From contig CBDANF010000003.1 in NCBI GenBank assembly GCA_965197475.1, positions 2,400,001 to 2,464,000 on the forward strand: 64,000 nt of DNA. Reading direction: 5' to 3'. Position 1 is the first letter of the stretch, and every line of letters starts with the position of its first letter. The translations under genes and the position numbers were made by a program. Positions 31,338 to 41,822 of this stretch are shown here, piece by piece. Under the pieces are notes generated by a model. The model ran no database searches and was not told where the DNA came from. It saw only the letters and a program-made list of their open reading frames with translations. The stretch is from Candidatus Poribacteria bacterium. GTDB taxonomy: Bacteria; Poribacteria; WGA-4E; WGA-3G.

Positions 31338-31850
31338 TTACTTTACCTCAAATTTCCGCTTGATGAATTCCACAACAACCGGCGGCACCATTTCCAGCAA
31401 CTTTTCTTCACTAACTTGCCCTTGTCCCATCTCAACAACCTCCATCACGAGCGTTGAGCTGATATGTGCGTATTGTGTACTTGCCACCATAAAGAGCGTA
31501 TCAATTTCTGGGGCAATCTGCTGATTCATCCGTGCGTACTTGAATTCCCATTCAAAATCAGAGATTTCACGTAGTCCACGAATGATTGTACATGCACCGC
31601 GTGCTTGTGCGTAATACACCATCAGTCCGGCATCGCCATCAATAGTTGCTTTCGGATAGGGTTTAATGACCTCTTCAAGCATTTGGATACGTTCCTCAAT
31701 CGTGAAGCGCTCTGGCTTTGCTGGGTTCACACCGATAACGACTACAAGTTCATCGAAAACATCAAGCTTGCAAACCCGATCAATCAAGTCTGCATGACCG
31801 AGAGTAATCGGATCGAAACTTGCTGGGAAGATTGCAATTTTTTTGGACAT
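31338..31850 (-). CDS. coaD: Phosphopantetheine adenylyltransferase
   Basis: IAIFPASFDPITLGH, IIRGLR..DFEWE, ISST; start at ATG 31850 with AAGGAG RBS. Confidence 0.93.
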   Translation of the reverse strand: MSKKIAIFPASFDPITLGHADLIDRVCKLDVFDELVVVIGVNPAKPERFTIEERIQMLEEVIKPYPKATIDGDAGLMVYYAQARGACTIIRGLREISDFEWEFKYARMNQQIAPEIDTLFMVASTQYAHISSTLVMEVVEMGQGQVSEEKLLEMVPPVVVEFIKRKFEVK

Positions 31851-31872
31851 TTTTACTCCTTTCATGTATAAA

Positions 31873-33879
31873 TTAAGGCTCTTTAGACGGTTCTGATGTT
31901 TTCTCCTTAATATGGAATTCTCGTGATGCGATGTTTCCATGCATGTCAATCATCCGAAGTTTAACAATCTTTATTTCAGGATATGTTATTTCAAAAGCAA
32001 CGGTTGCCTTTTCTTTGCCGTTTAGTGCTTGGCAATCGTGAAACTTCTTTCTCCACCTTTGATTTTTAATGTCTATCGGGACAAACAGTTGTACTTGATG
32101 CATGCCATCCTCATCTGCAATCGCAAATTGGAAAAGTCGTTGGTCTGAAGTATCCACCTGTGACACCTTCATCTCCATCTTGGGTCGTTTGTCAAAGAAA
32201 GGTTGAGTTGGGTTAAAGAAACGACTCTTATCTAACCATTCTGCCTCACATCTGGACAATTTTGCCCACTTTTTTTTCCATGGCATCATATTGTTAACAC
32301 GGTAGAAAAGACGTTTCAAAACGCTTGGTTCATACTGAGGCGGAAAATAAGGTAAACCGAAGGCATCTCTAAAAGTATATGCAACAGATTGCCGATCAAG
32401 ATATTTAACGGAAGCATAGACAAGTCTACCATGGGTAATTCCTACAATTTCATTGTGCCAGATATTGTCTTTGATTCCTTCCTTGGCAGGGTACCAAAAT
32501 GTTCCATTATTGCCCGTATGGAATAATTTCGGAACTGCCTGCCAAACTGCTGATATATCATCTACAACTGCAAGCCAGATATCGTTTGACAAATCAAAAT
32601 TATTGATTTGATTTTCTTTTACAAGATATATCTTGGCTTTTCCGTTTTCATCGGTTTCAAACTTGAATGTTTTTCTACCGAAACCGTGGCGTTCCATCTC
32701 ATCAGCGTAGAAGTCTTGAACCTCTCTTATTGATTTATCTAATTTTTCTGTTATGTTTGGGAAAGGTTCTTTATCTTTTGAAAGGAAGTAAATTATTCGG
32801 ATAACATCGGAAGGGGGAGTAGCAGACTCTAATTGCTGAGAATTAAGTTGCCACACTTGGATAACACCATCCTCATTGCCACTGACGAGCAGACTTCCGT
32901 CTTGCGTAAACGAAACATCCCGCGCTTCCGTTGGTATTGAGGTGATTGGTGCTCCATTTATAGTTGACCAGAGTTCTACGCCTCTTCCTGAATAGGATTG
33001 ATGATTCGCAGTGGCGCATGTCTTTCCATCTGGAGAAAACACCAAATTTTCAACATGTCCGCGTAGCACCTCACCCTTCCGTTGCCAACTTGGTAACTCC
33101 CACATGATATACCCCTTCACAGACGCAGAACTATACATGTCTTTCTCATGACCACCACTTACCATATATTTGTTGTTAGGTGAAAACTTTAGGAAATTCA
33201 TTTCTAACAGAGCTGTTTCCAGAGTCTTGACAAGTTTTTTGGTTTTTAGATTCCAAACGTTTACGTTTCCATTTGCATATCCAGTGGCAATCAATTTGCC
33301 ATCAGGTGAAATGTCTACAGCACGTGCCCAACTTCCGATTTTATGTGCTTCATCAAACGGTAGCGTGTCTATTTCCTTTATCTGCTTTGGATTCCGTATA
33401 TCCCACAGTTTTACTCCATTACGAACTGTCACGAGTTGATGTCCATCTGGCGAAAAAGCGAATTCACGCGAAGTCTCAAGAGAATTGAGTTTCCTTTCTG
33501 AAGCGACATCCCATAATATAAGCGTTCCAAAACCAGCACTTGCAAGCAATTCTCCTGTGGGTGAGAAACCAATGTGCGCAAACTGTCCGGGATGGCTAAG
33601 AATTTTCACTGGATCTATTGTGTTGTTTCTGTCCCACAACTTTATGGTGCCGTTTTGATCTGCACTTGCAATAAGGTTTCGATCCGATGGTGAAAATGCC
33701 ACAGAATATATTTCAGTGTTCTGATGGAATTCAGCTATGATCTTAGGTTTTTCAGGAAGTTGTGCAAATTCTTGTGGACTCAATTCATGAGGTTGTGAAC
33801 GTAAATTTAAAAACACCACTATTCCAATAACGATTATTACTAAAATGATGGACAGCACTACTATCTTTTTATTTTTCAT
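31873..33879 (-). CDS. Membrane-anchored WD40 propeller plus degenerate zincin-like domain
   Basis: N-terminal TM; about 7 WD40 repeats; C-terminal IRIIYF...VQDFYADEMERHGFGRKTF...AYTFRDAFGL. Confidence 0.8.
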   Translation of the reverse strand: MKNKKIVVLSIILVIIVIGIVVFLNLRSQPHELSPQEFAQLPEKPKIIAEFHQNTEIYSVAFSPSDRNLIASADQNGTIKLWDRNNTIDPVKILSHPGQFAHIGFSPTGELLASAGFGTLILWDVASERKLNSLETSREFAFSPDGHQLVTVRNGVKLWDIRNPKQIKEIDTLPFDEAHKIGSWARAVDISPDGKLIATGYANGNVNVWNLKTKKLVKTLETALLEMNFLKFSPNNKYMVSGGHEKDMYSSASVKGYIMWELPSWQRKGEVLRGHVENLVFSPDGKTCATANHQSYSGRGVELWSTINGAPITSIPTEARDVSFTQDGSLLVSGNEDGVIQVWQLNSQQLESATPPSDVIRIIYFLSKDKEPFPNITEKLDKSIREVQDFYADEMERHGFGRKTFKFETDENGKAKIYLVKENQINNFDLSNDIWLAVVDDISAVWQAVPKLFHTGNNGTFWYPAKEGIKDNIWHNEIVGITHGRLVYASVKYLDRQSVAYTFRDAFGLPYFPPQYEPSVLKRLFYRVNNMMPWKKKWAKLSRCEAEWLDKSRFFNPTQPFFDKRPKMEMKVSQVDTSDQRLFQFAIADEDGMHQVQLFVPIDIKNQRWRKKFHDCQALNGKEKATVAFEITYPEIKIVKLRMIDMHGNIASREFHIKEKTSEPSKEP

Positions 33880-33929
33880 TTTTCCTCTTTATTCGAAATG
33901 CTAAATGGAATTTGACATATCAATGAACC

Positions 33930-35936
33930 TTATGGCTTTTCTGAAGGTTCTGGTGTTTTCTCAGTAATACTGAATTTTCGTGATGCGATGTTTCCATGCA
34001 TGTCAATCATCCGAAGTTTAACAATCTTTATTTCAGGATATGTTATTTCAAAAGCAACGGTTGCCTTTTCTTTGCCGTTTAGTGCTTGGCAATCGTGAAA
34101 CTTCTTTCTCCACCTTTGATTTTTAATGTCTATCGGGACAAACAGTTGTACTTGATGCATGCCATCCTCATCTGCAACCTCAAATGTGAAGTGCCGCAAA
34201 CCGCTGTCTTTAGGGACGGATACACGCATATCCATTTTTGGGGCTTTGTCAAAGAAAGGTTGGTTTGGGTTAAAGAAACGACTCCTATCTAACCATTCAG
34301 CTTCACACCTTGACAATTTTGTCCATTGTTTTCCCCAAGGCATCTTGTTATTAATATGGGAGAAAAGACGTTTCAATGAGTTTCGCTCATATTCAGATTG
34401 AACATAAGGCACACCAAAGACACCTCTTAGAACATACGCGACAGACTCCCGATCAAGGGATTTAACGAAAACTTGGACATTTTTTCCAGGGGCGATTCCT
34501 TCAATATATCCTCTCCACACATTGTCTTTGGTAGAATAGGCATCATTGCTGGTGTACCGAAATGTATGAAAACGACTCATAACGTTGTATAATTGAAGAA
34601 CAGGCTGAAAAGTCCCTGATATGTCATCTATAATTGAGAGCCAGATGCCGTTTGGTAAAACAGTATTGGTTTGATAATATTTACCAAGATATATCTTGGC
34701 TTTTCCATTTTCATCGGTTTCAAAATTAAATGTTTTTCTGCCAAATCCGTGTCGTTCCATCTCATCCGCGTAGAAGTCTTGGACTTCTCTAATTGATTTA
34801 TCCAATTTTTCTGTAATGTTTGGGAAAGGTTCTTTATCTTTCGGAAGGAAGTAAACTATCCTGACAACATCAGCAGGGGGAGTGGCTAACGCTAATTGCT
34901 GATAATTCAGTTGCCACACTTGGATAACACCATCCTGATTGCCACTGACGAGCAGACTTCCGTCTTGCGTAAACGAAACATCCCGCGCTTCCGTTGGTAT
35001 TGAGGTGATTGGTGCTCCATTCTCAACTGACCAAAGCTCTACTCCCCTCCCTGAAAAAGACATCTGATTCGCACCCACGCATACCTTTTCATCTGGAGAG
35101 AACACTAAATTTTCGATGTGTCCCCGTTGCACCTCCCCGTAGCGTTGCCAACTTGGTAATTTCCACATGATATAACCTCCCGGATTCATCATTTTGAACT
35201 CCTGATCTCCACTTACCAAGTAATTGTTTTTAGGTGAAAACTTAAGATATCCCATCTTTATAAAGGGTGATCTTAAAAGTCTTACATGTTGTTTAGTACG
35301 AAGATCCCAAACGTTCACGTCTCCATTAGCGTATCCTGCAGCAATCAGTTTGCCATCTGTTGAGATGGTTACTGCACATGCCCAACTTCCGATTTTATGT
35401 GCTTCATCAAACGGTAGCGTGCCTATTTCCCTTATCTGCTTTGGATTCCGGATGTCCCACAGTTTAGCTCCATTACGAACTGTCGCGAGTTGATTTCCAT
35501 CCGGTGAAAAAGCGAATTCATTTCTGGAGGTGTCAAGTGTATTGATTTTGTTTCCTGAAGCGACATCCCATAATATAAGCGTTCCAAAACCAGCACTTGC
35601 AAGCAATTCTCCTGTGGGTGAGAAACCAATGTGCGCAAACTGTCCGGGATGGCTAAGAATTTTCACTGGATCTATTGTGTTGTTTCTGTCCCACAACTTT
35701 ATGGTACCGTTTTGATCTACACTTGCAATAAGGTTTTGATCCGATGGTGAAAACGCGACAGAATAAATACTTGGACCGTAGTTAAATTCGTCTATGAGTT
35801 TAGGTTTTTCAGGCAGCTGCGCGAATTTTGGTGGAATCAATTCCTGCTGCTGTGGACGTGAGATGAAATACGCTGTGGTGCTAACAACTGCTATTACCAC
35901 AACAATGAATAAAGCAAAAATTATTTTAGTTTTCAT
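33930..35936 (-). CDS. Tandem paralogue: WD40 propeller plus degenerate zincin-like domain
   Basis: Same length (668 aa) and architecture as 31873-33879. Confidence 0.8.
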   Translation of the reverse strand: MKTKIIFALFIVVVIAVVSTTAYFISRPQQQELIPPKFAQLPEKPKLIDEFNYGPSIYSVAFSPSDQNLIASVDQNGTIKLWDRNNTIDPVKILSHPGQFAHIGFSPTGELLASAGFGTLILWDVASGNKINTLDTSRNEFAFSPDGNQLATVRNGAKLWDIRNPKQIREIGTLPFDEAHKIGSWACAVTISTDGKLIAAGYANGDVNVWDLRTKQHVRLLRSPFIKMGYLKFSPKNNYLVSGDQEFKMMNPGGYIMWKLPSWQRYGEVQRGHIENLVFSPDEKVCVGANQMSFSGRGVELWSVENGAPITSIPTEARDVSFTQDGSLLVSGNQDGVIQVWQLNYQQLALATPPADVVRIVYFLPKDKEPFPNITEKLDKSIREVQDFYADEMERHGFGRKTFNFETDENGKAKIYLGKYYQTNTVLPNGIWLSIIDDISGTFQPVLQLYNVMSRFHTFRYTSNDAYSTKDNVWRGYIEGIAPGKNVQVFVKSLDRESVAYVLRGVFGVPYVQSEYERNSLKRLFSHINNKMPWGKQWTKLSRCEAEWLDRSRFFNPNQPFFDKAPKMDMRVSVPKDSGLRHFTFEVADEDGMHQVQLFVPIDIKNQRWRKKFHDCQALNGKEKATVAFEITYPEIKIVKLRMIDMHGNIASRKFSITEKTPEPSEKP

Positions 35937-37102
35937 TTTAGTTTCTCCATGTCCCAGAGTCGAAGAACACCACCATAACCCCCACCTGCAAGCATGCTAC
36001 TATCTTGTGAAAATGTAATTGCCATTGCTCCACCTAAATATCCTTTACCTTTCAGCAAGGCGATAGGCGTAAGACTTTCAATAGTCAAGAGAGTTACCTC
36101 GCCAACATCTGAAATGGCAAGAATCTTTCCATCAGGCGAAAATGCAAGATCGCTGATGTATCGATCACTCACATCATGGTAGATTTGCACTTCCGGTAAG
36201 CTCCATATAGTAAATCCCTTCCATTTACCATAGGTTTTAATACCGATAAATCTTCCGTCACAAGAAAACTTTACATCTCGGAGAAAACCCATGTGAGTAT
36301 CCTCCAATAACTTTATACGTCGATTATGCTGTACATCCCATAATATCAAACTAAAGTGTTCAGCAGCAGCAATCCAACGTCCATCAGGGGAAAAGATTAT
36401 ATCTTTCAACCATTCGTGGCTATCATGTGGAACCGATAATGTCTTGACAAATTGCTTTTGTTCTAAATCCCAAAATTTAATGTCGCCGTTCTCATATCTA
36501 ATAGCAAGCCATTTACCGTTAGGTGAAAAGTCAGCACATTGCATAGAATTGTGATATCTGGTATGATGAATCTCCGTTATCTCCGTTATTTCCGTTATTT
36601 CATTTGGATTCCGAATGTCCCACAACTTCATACGTTCCCGATAAACGGTTGCAAGGCTATCCGCAGTTGGAGAAATAACAGCTGCCTGCTGGTATCTTTC
36701 CTTAGGCACTTTTATTTTCGCACCTGAAAACGTATCCCACAATATTGTTTTTCCATGCAGCCCTTTACTGACAAGCAATTTACCTGTGTGTAAAAAATCT
36801 ATTGATACGAGCTTCTCTTCATTGTCGATTAGGGTTGTTGTTGCGGTATCCGGGTTATTTCTGTTCCATAGTTTTATGTTATTGTCATCACCTGCACTTG
36901 CAATGATATCTGGATTAGATGGAGAAAATTCAACGTCTTGAATCTGGGCACCATGATTGAATTCCGCAAGCGGTGCAATAGGTCTCATGCGTTCCAGTAT
37001 CGTTTTTTGATTATCGTTCCACTGTTGCCACGTTGAAAACGCTAAAACCCCTACGACTATTAGAATAGCGATGAATAGGAACACTATTTTTTGCGGTTTC
37101 AT
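35933..37102 (-). CDS. Membrane-anchored single-propeller WD40 protein
   Basis: N-terminal TM; WD40 repeats; 4-bp overlap with the next gene; contains a 9-bp tandem repeat (EITEITEITEI) at 36570-36601. Confidence 0.87.
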   Translation of the reverse strand: MKPQKIVFLFIAILIVVGVLAFSTWQQWNDNQKTILERMRPIAPLAEFNHGAQIQDVEFSPSNPDIIASAGDDNNIKLWNRNNPDTATTTLIDNEEKLVSIDFLHTGKLLVSKGLHGKTILWDTFSGAKIKVPKERYQQAAVISPTADSLATVYRERMKLWDIRNPNEITEITEITEIHHTRYHNSMQCADFSPNGKWLAIRYENGDIKFWDLEQKQFVKTLSVPHDSHEWLKDIIFSPDGRWIAAAEHFSLILWDVQHNRRIKLLEDTHMGFLRDVKFSCDGRFIGIKTYGKWKGFTIWSLPEVQIYHDVSDRYISDLAFSPDGKILAISDVGEVTLLTIESLTPIALLKGKGYLGGAMAITFSQDSSMLAGGGYGGVLRLWDMEKLK

Positions 37103-37152
37103 TTGTGTGTCTCCAGAAACTTATGAGTAAGTTATAGAGCAAGATTCTTCTG

Positions 37153-37974
37153 TTATTCCACGGCAACAATTGCAATCTTCCAGCGGTCTGCTTGTTGGAA
37201 TAGGTTCTCCGGAGCCATCACGAAGGTGCGCTTTGCCTCAACTGCCAAAACGCTGCCTCTGACAGCATGCAATGTCTGGAGCGTTTGCATGCCTACCGTC
37301 GGAACGTCAATACGGAAATCGTGGTTTTCAGCGGCAGCTTTGGCAACCACAACTCCTTTTCCTCCCAAATTTCCACCCCTCTCAATTGTGGTGTCTGTTC
37401 CCTCAATAGCTTCAATAGCGAGGATAATCTGATTTTTGATAACAACAGTCTGACCGATATCAAGGTTCGCTATCTGTCGAGCGGTTTCTATTCCAACTTT
37501 TATATCTGCCCACTGTGCAGTATTCGGTTTGCGTTTTGTGAGAACACCGGATTCTGGTAATAAATGCGATAGAAAAAGATCTTGTTTGAGGACAGAAAGT
37601 CCTTTGGTTTGAAAGTGTTCAAGGACAGCCGCAACAATTGCGGAAGGTTTTTGGCTACGATTCTGTGCCAAAATCTTGATTGCTGTCGCATCAACTTGAA
37701 AGGGACGCAGTAGAATACTTGGTTCAATTTTTCCAATAATGACAAGTTCTTTTACGTTTAAATCAAGTAGTTTTTGCGTGATTTTCTGAATTTGTCCGAC
37801 ACCGTAAGTATAGAGTTCACAAGGTATATCAGTGAAACGTTGTTCATCTGTTTTAGTGATTTGTATGATTATCGGTTTTCGACCTTGTGCAGCAGCACTT
37901 TGTGCCACAAGAATTGGAAGTTCTCCTGCTCCTGCGATAATACCGAGTTTTTCCACGTCATTTGTTCCGTTCAT
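37153..37974 (-). CDS. lpxI: UDP-2,3-diacylglucosamine diphosphatase LpxI
   Basis: LGIIAGAGELP, LDIGQTVV, AIEAIEGTD, DFRIDVPTVG, LAVEA. Confidence 0.92.
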   Translation of the reverse strand: MNGTNDVEKLGIIAGAGELPILVAQSAAAQGRKPIIIQITKTDEQRFTDIPCELYTYGVGQIQKITQKLLDLNVKELVIIGKIEPSILLRPFQVDATAIKILAQNRSQKPSAIVAAVLEHFQTKGLSVLKQDLFLSHLLPESGVLTKRKPNTAQWADIKVGIETARQIANLDIGQTVVIKNQIILAIEAIEGTDTTIERGGNLGGKGVVVAKAAAENHDFRIDVPTVGMQTLQTLHAVRGSVLAVEAKRTFVMAPENLFQQADRWKIAIVAVE

Positions 37975-38019
37975 ACAACTTTTGTGAAGAGGGTAGTTAT
38001 CAACTTCCGGATGTTTTTA

Positions 38020-39261
38020 CTATGTGTGGCGAATTGCATCAATTGGACTTAATTTTGCTGCTTGGCTGGCGGGGTAATAACCGAAAAAGATCCCAACAGC
38101 TGTTCCTGCTGCAACAGAAGTGAGCACAGATTTTATGGTAATCACCGAAGGCCATCCGATCATTCCCTTCATGAATTTGCCGACTGCCCACGCAAACCCT
38201 TGTCCGACTAACGCCCCTAATGCGATACCGAGCAGACTTCCGATGAGACACAAAAGTATCGATTCAGTTAGAAATTGGAACCGAATTTGATAGCTTTTGG
38301 CACCTACAGCTTTCCGCAATCCAATCTCCGGTATCCGTTCTGTTACTGAAACAAGCATAATATTCAGAATACCGATGCCGCCTACAATCAACGAAACTGA
38401 AGCGATGATGACTAACACCAGCTCTATGATAAAAATAGTTTTTTTCGCGCTTTCAATGCCTTTCTGTGCTTGCCATGTTCTAAAAAACGTGTCATCCCCG
38501 CCGTGGTTGCGTCTAATTACGGTTTGCACCTCTTTAACTGCTTGGTCTACAACAAGAGGGCTTTTAGCACGCACCATAATATGTCCGACGTTGTCGTGTC
38601 CCCAAAACCTCGTTTGGGCGGTAGTAATCGGAATAAAGATCATATTGTCATCACTTTTGCCTGCCTCTAACCCGGGGCCACGACTTTCCATAATGCCGAT
38701 AACAGTAAAACGTTTGTTATTGATCCCGACTTCCTTTCCGATCGGATCCATCCCCTTGAACTGTTCTTTCCAGACTTGTGAACCAATCACACAGACCTTA
38801 TTCCAGAGGTCCATGTCGGTATCCGCAAGGAATCTGCCATATTCGGCATGCCACTGTCGGACTCCTTGATATTCAACTGTGGTTGCTCGCATATAGGTCG
38901 GTCGGTGTCTTCCCTCAGCTTCAAAGTTGATGTAGTAACTTCCTTCTACGGTGGCTATTTCAACGGATGGGCACTGTTGTAGAATATCACGTAGATCCGT
39001 CATATTTAGATAATGTGGACTTGTGTTTCGTTGCCACCGATGATTGCGCCTAATCATTCCCGGGCGGTAGACTCCAAACATACTGGGTCCACCAATCTTT
39101 TCAAATTCTAACATCACGAGTTTTTCTGCACCCGCACCTAACGACATCATAGCGATTACGCCTGCAATTCCGATCGTGATCCCTAAAAGTGTCAGAATTG
39201 TGCGGAGCTTGCTTGCACGAAGTGCTGAAAACGCTGTGAGTAGGTTCTCTATAATTCTCAT
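38020..39261 (-). CDS. MacB/FtsX-type ABC transporter permease
   Basis: LRTILTLLGITIG, GGIGILNIMLVSVTERIPEIGLRKAVGA, FGYYPA..AAKLSPIDA. Confidence 0.93.
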   Translation of the reverse strand: MRIIENLLTAFSALRASKLRTILTLLGITIGIAGVIAMMSLGAGAEKLVMLEFEKIGGPSMFGVYRPGMIRRNHRWQRNTSPHYLNMTDLRDILQQCPSVEIATVEGSYYINFEAEGRHRPTYMRATTVEYQGVRQWHAEYGRFLADTDMDLWNKVCVIGSQVWKEQFKGMDPIGKEVGINNKRFTVIGIMESRGPGLEAGKSDDNMIFIPITTAQTRFWGHDNVGHIMVRAKSPLVVDQAVKEVQTVIRRNHGGDDTFFRTWQAQKGIESAKKTIFIIELVLVIIASVSLIVGGIGILNIMLVSVTERIPEIGLRKAVGAKSYQIRFQFLTESILLCLIGSLLGIALGALVGQGFAWAVGKFMKGMIGWPSVITIKSVLTSVAAGTAVGIFFGYYPASQAAKLSPIDAIRHT

Positions 39262-39447
39262 TTTCCCCCATTCGTGATGAATACCTGACTACAAGACGCT
39301 AAACGGAATTTCGCAGATGGATAACTAACTTATTGCGTCTGTTTACGAAACGTGTTAAAATGGCAAAACGAATTTATCCAACTAATGTATATTCACAGTA
39401 TACTACAAAACAAATAAACATGCAAATTTCTTGGAGACAGATTAGTT

Positions 39448-41283
39448 GTGGAAACGAATTTTTCCTATATTCCAAATGGTTCCCTGCTAACCTATCCAGG
39501 TATACAAGGGTTTACAGCACATCAAGCTGAATTAGACAAACTTGCCCGGTTTAAAAAGCAAGCTTGGATTCATTTGGATTCTGCAACCATTCAGACGCGC
39601 TACCGACTCAAGGTTGTAGAGTTGCATTTCACAGTATCAGAAACAGCTGAGTCTATTCAGGAGAATTTGCGAAAAGTTTTTTCTGACAAAAAATTGGCAG
39701 GTGGTGAGGAATCATTTAATCAATTCTATCTTATTGCCCAAGTACCTACAGACGCGTTATTCTATAACATCACGGATTACGTTCAACGTTGTATGATGGG
39801 CGATCTTTCAATTGCAGAGCGGTTACATGATAGAGCAGTGCTTTACATCTATCAGTCTGAAGAAGACGCTGATGACTTACTAAGTGATTCTGGTGTTAGT
39901 GCCTTTATTAACAGGGTTTTGGCGAGTTATGTAGCGTCTTATGGTACAGATGCGATTATCGGTTTTGCTGTTGATCTACCGCACTTTCTGTCTGTATTTG
40001 AAGCGGATGGCGCATCAATACCGTGGAGTAGTGTGTTGTTGAAGCAAATTCGGGAAGAAAACTTTAAGGATAGCCGTAAGTCTTCAACAGATGCTCGTGG
40101 AAGTTTTTTGCCTTTTCTTTTTTATGAAAAGTATAATTCGCCGGTAATCAGAAGTTTTTTCTGGCAGGCTTTGACATCGCAGTTCGCGCAAAGTTTCCTT
40201 GGTGGGTTAAGAAATTTCTGTCACCAGCACCACTTAAGATTAGCGGTAACACTACAGGAAAGTGCAAGGTCATTGCAGTATGAATTGGGGACGCTTTTGG
40301 AGCAGGTGGATTGTCCAATTCTCATCTCTGCAGAGTCGGATACGCCGCGCCGCTTTGTTGTTGCTAAGTCTGTGTGTAGCAATGCGCGGCATGCTGGGAT
40401 TTTGCGGAAGGAGACATACACATTTAATCAATGCGTCAAAGATGCTATCCTCGGTTTCAATCAGTGGATATCAAACAGAATAACGAATAACTATTCTGAT
40501 TCCGACGCGTATCAATCTCTTGGTCAATTACTACAAGTTGGGCATCCGAAGCGGTCGATTTTAATGTTAGCACCCACACAGAGCTTATGGATGAAACCAG
40601 ATGAGAAGCAGTGGAATAACATAACAAAAGCATGGGGATGGTTGTGTGAAACAGTATGGAACATGGGCTATGATTTTGATATTGTCTCTGAAGCACAAAT
40701 CTTTGGTGCTACAGTAGATAAGAAAAAAGGAGAGATATGTTTAAATGAAAACAAATATGGCTTGATATTACTGCCAAGTTGTTTATCGCTGCATCAAACG
40801 ACTGTAAAACGATTAGCGGAATTATTGAAGGCGAAAGGAAGACTCATTGTCAATGCACCGGTTCCTTATCTGCTAAATGGAAAAATTGGACTTGCCCCGT
40901 ATCTACTGGAACACCTAATTTACAGTCGGCGGACCACTATTTTAGATGGACCGCAGAGTGAAAGGGAAACGGATCTCAGAAAATATATCAGAAAATGGGT
41001 CTATCCTGATATTTCCGTTTTTACAGGACAAGAAAATCAACTAACAGAAGTCGTGCAAGTACTTCACAGAAAACATGGGGATTATCATACGTTCTATCTG
41101 TTCAATACGGCAGAGAGACCGATTGAAACATTAGTTGAGATAACGGGTGAAGCAGAAGTCGTTGATGAACGTCTTTTGCAGACGGGGGAACAGGTGTCGT
41201 TAACCTTTTGGCATGCGAATGGAAAGACGTATCTGAATTGCACGTTTGACCCAGAACAAGGTAGGCTTTTTGTCGTTTCTTAA
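39448..41283 (+). CDS. Divergent GH106-like (alpha-L-rhamnosidase-like) protein
   Basis: Weak resemblance: YGTDAIIGFAVDLP, IPWS, GYDFDIVSE, YGLILLP, YLFN. Confidence 0.45.
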   Translation: METNFSYIPNGSLLTYPGIQGFTAHQAELDKLARFKKQAWIHLDSATIQTRYRLKVVELHFTVSETAESIQENLRKVFSDKKLAGGEESFNQFYLIAQVPTDALFYNITDYVQRCMMGDLSIAERLHDRAVLYIYQSEEDADDLLSDSGVSAFINRVLASYVASYGTDAIIGFAVDLPHFLSVFEADGASIPWSSVLLKQIREENFKDSRKSSTDARGSFLPFLFYEKYNSPVIRSFFWQALTSQFAQSFLGGLRNFCHQHHLRLAVTLQESARSLQYELGTLLEQVDCPILISAESDTPRRFVVAKSVCSNARHAGILRKETYTFNQCVKDAILGFNQWISNRITNNYSDSDAYQSLGQLLQVGHPKRSILMLAPTQSLWMKPDEKQWNNITKAWGWLCETVWNMGYDFDIVSEAQIFGATVDKKKGEICLNENKYGLILLPSCLSLHQTTVKRLAELLKAKGRLIVNAPVPYLLNGKIGLAPYLLEHLIYSRRTTILDGPQSERETDLRKYIRKWVYPDISVFTGQENQLTEVVQVLHRKHGDYHTFYLFNTAERPIETLVEITGEAEVVDERLLQTGEQVSLTFWHANGKTYLNCTFDPEQGRLFVVS

Positions 41284-41286
41284 AAC

Positions 41287-41462
41287 CAGGACTTACGCAT
41301 TTTCTCTTAAAGTCCCCCTGATAAGGGGGACTTAGGGGGTTAAAAACACGGAAATAACGACTTTGAACTGCGGGATGGACGCATAAGTGGTAGACTCCTT
41401 GATGGCATCTGCCAGTTTAACCCCCCTAACCCCCCTTATCAAGGGGGAATGCGTAAGTCCTG
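41287..41462. mobile_element. MITE with CAGGACTTACGCA TIRs (solo copy)
   Basis: Perfect 13-bp TIR; 5-bp duplication AAAAC at 41282-41286 and 41463-41467; internal CCCCC..GGGGG palindromes. Confidence 0.92.
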
Positions 41463-41471
41463 AAAACATTA

Positions 41472-41822
41472 TACCATTTCTAAGAGATTGTATTGCATTA
41501 TTCGTCCGTCGGGTAGCACTTGCGATACCCTTATGCGTCAAGTTTAGTGTTATGCGGTGGAAAAAATGGGCACCTCATGCAGCATGCCATAAGCGCATGC
41601 TGCCCCTCTGGGGCTTGGTAAACACAGACATCAGCTGCTGGACACCTCATGCAGCATGCCATAAGCGCATGCTGCCTCTCCGAAGCTATAGTCAATCGTA
41701 TTCAGCACCAGCGGTGCGGAAGGTGTATAGAAAAGTATACCACAAGAAACCAAGCACCAGCGGTGCGAAAGGTGTATGGTATAAAACAAGCTATTATGAT
41801 ATTTTGTCAATTAGATATGGTA
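41472..41822. mobile_element. MITE-like composite repeat with TACCAT termini (copy 2)
   Basis: Inverted homologue of 17499-17799 with one extra agcaccagcggtgcg unit; TTA at 41469-41471 and 41823-41825. Confidence 0.85.

Noticed and set aside
31873-35936. DGR template/variable repeat pair
   Set aside because: Both copies are full genes, differences are not adenine-specific, and no reverse transcriptase is present.
36570-36601. 9-bp tandem repeat as a phase-variation tract
   Set aside because: Unit length is a multiple of three, so slippage keeps the frame; only about three imperfect copies.
41570-41680. Palindromic repeat twice at about 72-bp spacing (also 17597-17700), CRISPR-like
   Set aside because: Only two units, the intervening sequence is conserved between the two loci, it lies inside a TIR-bounded element, and there are no cas genes.
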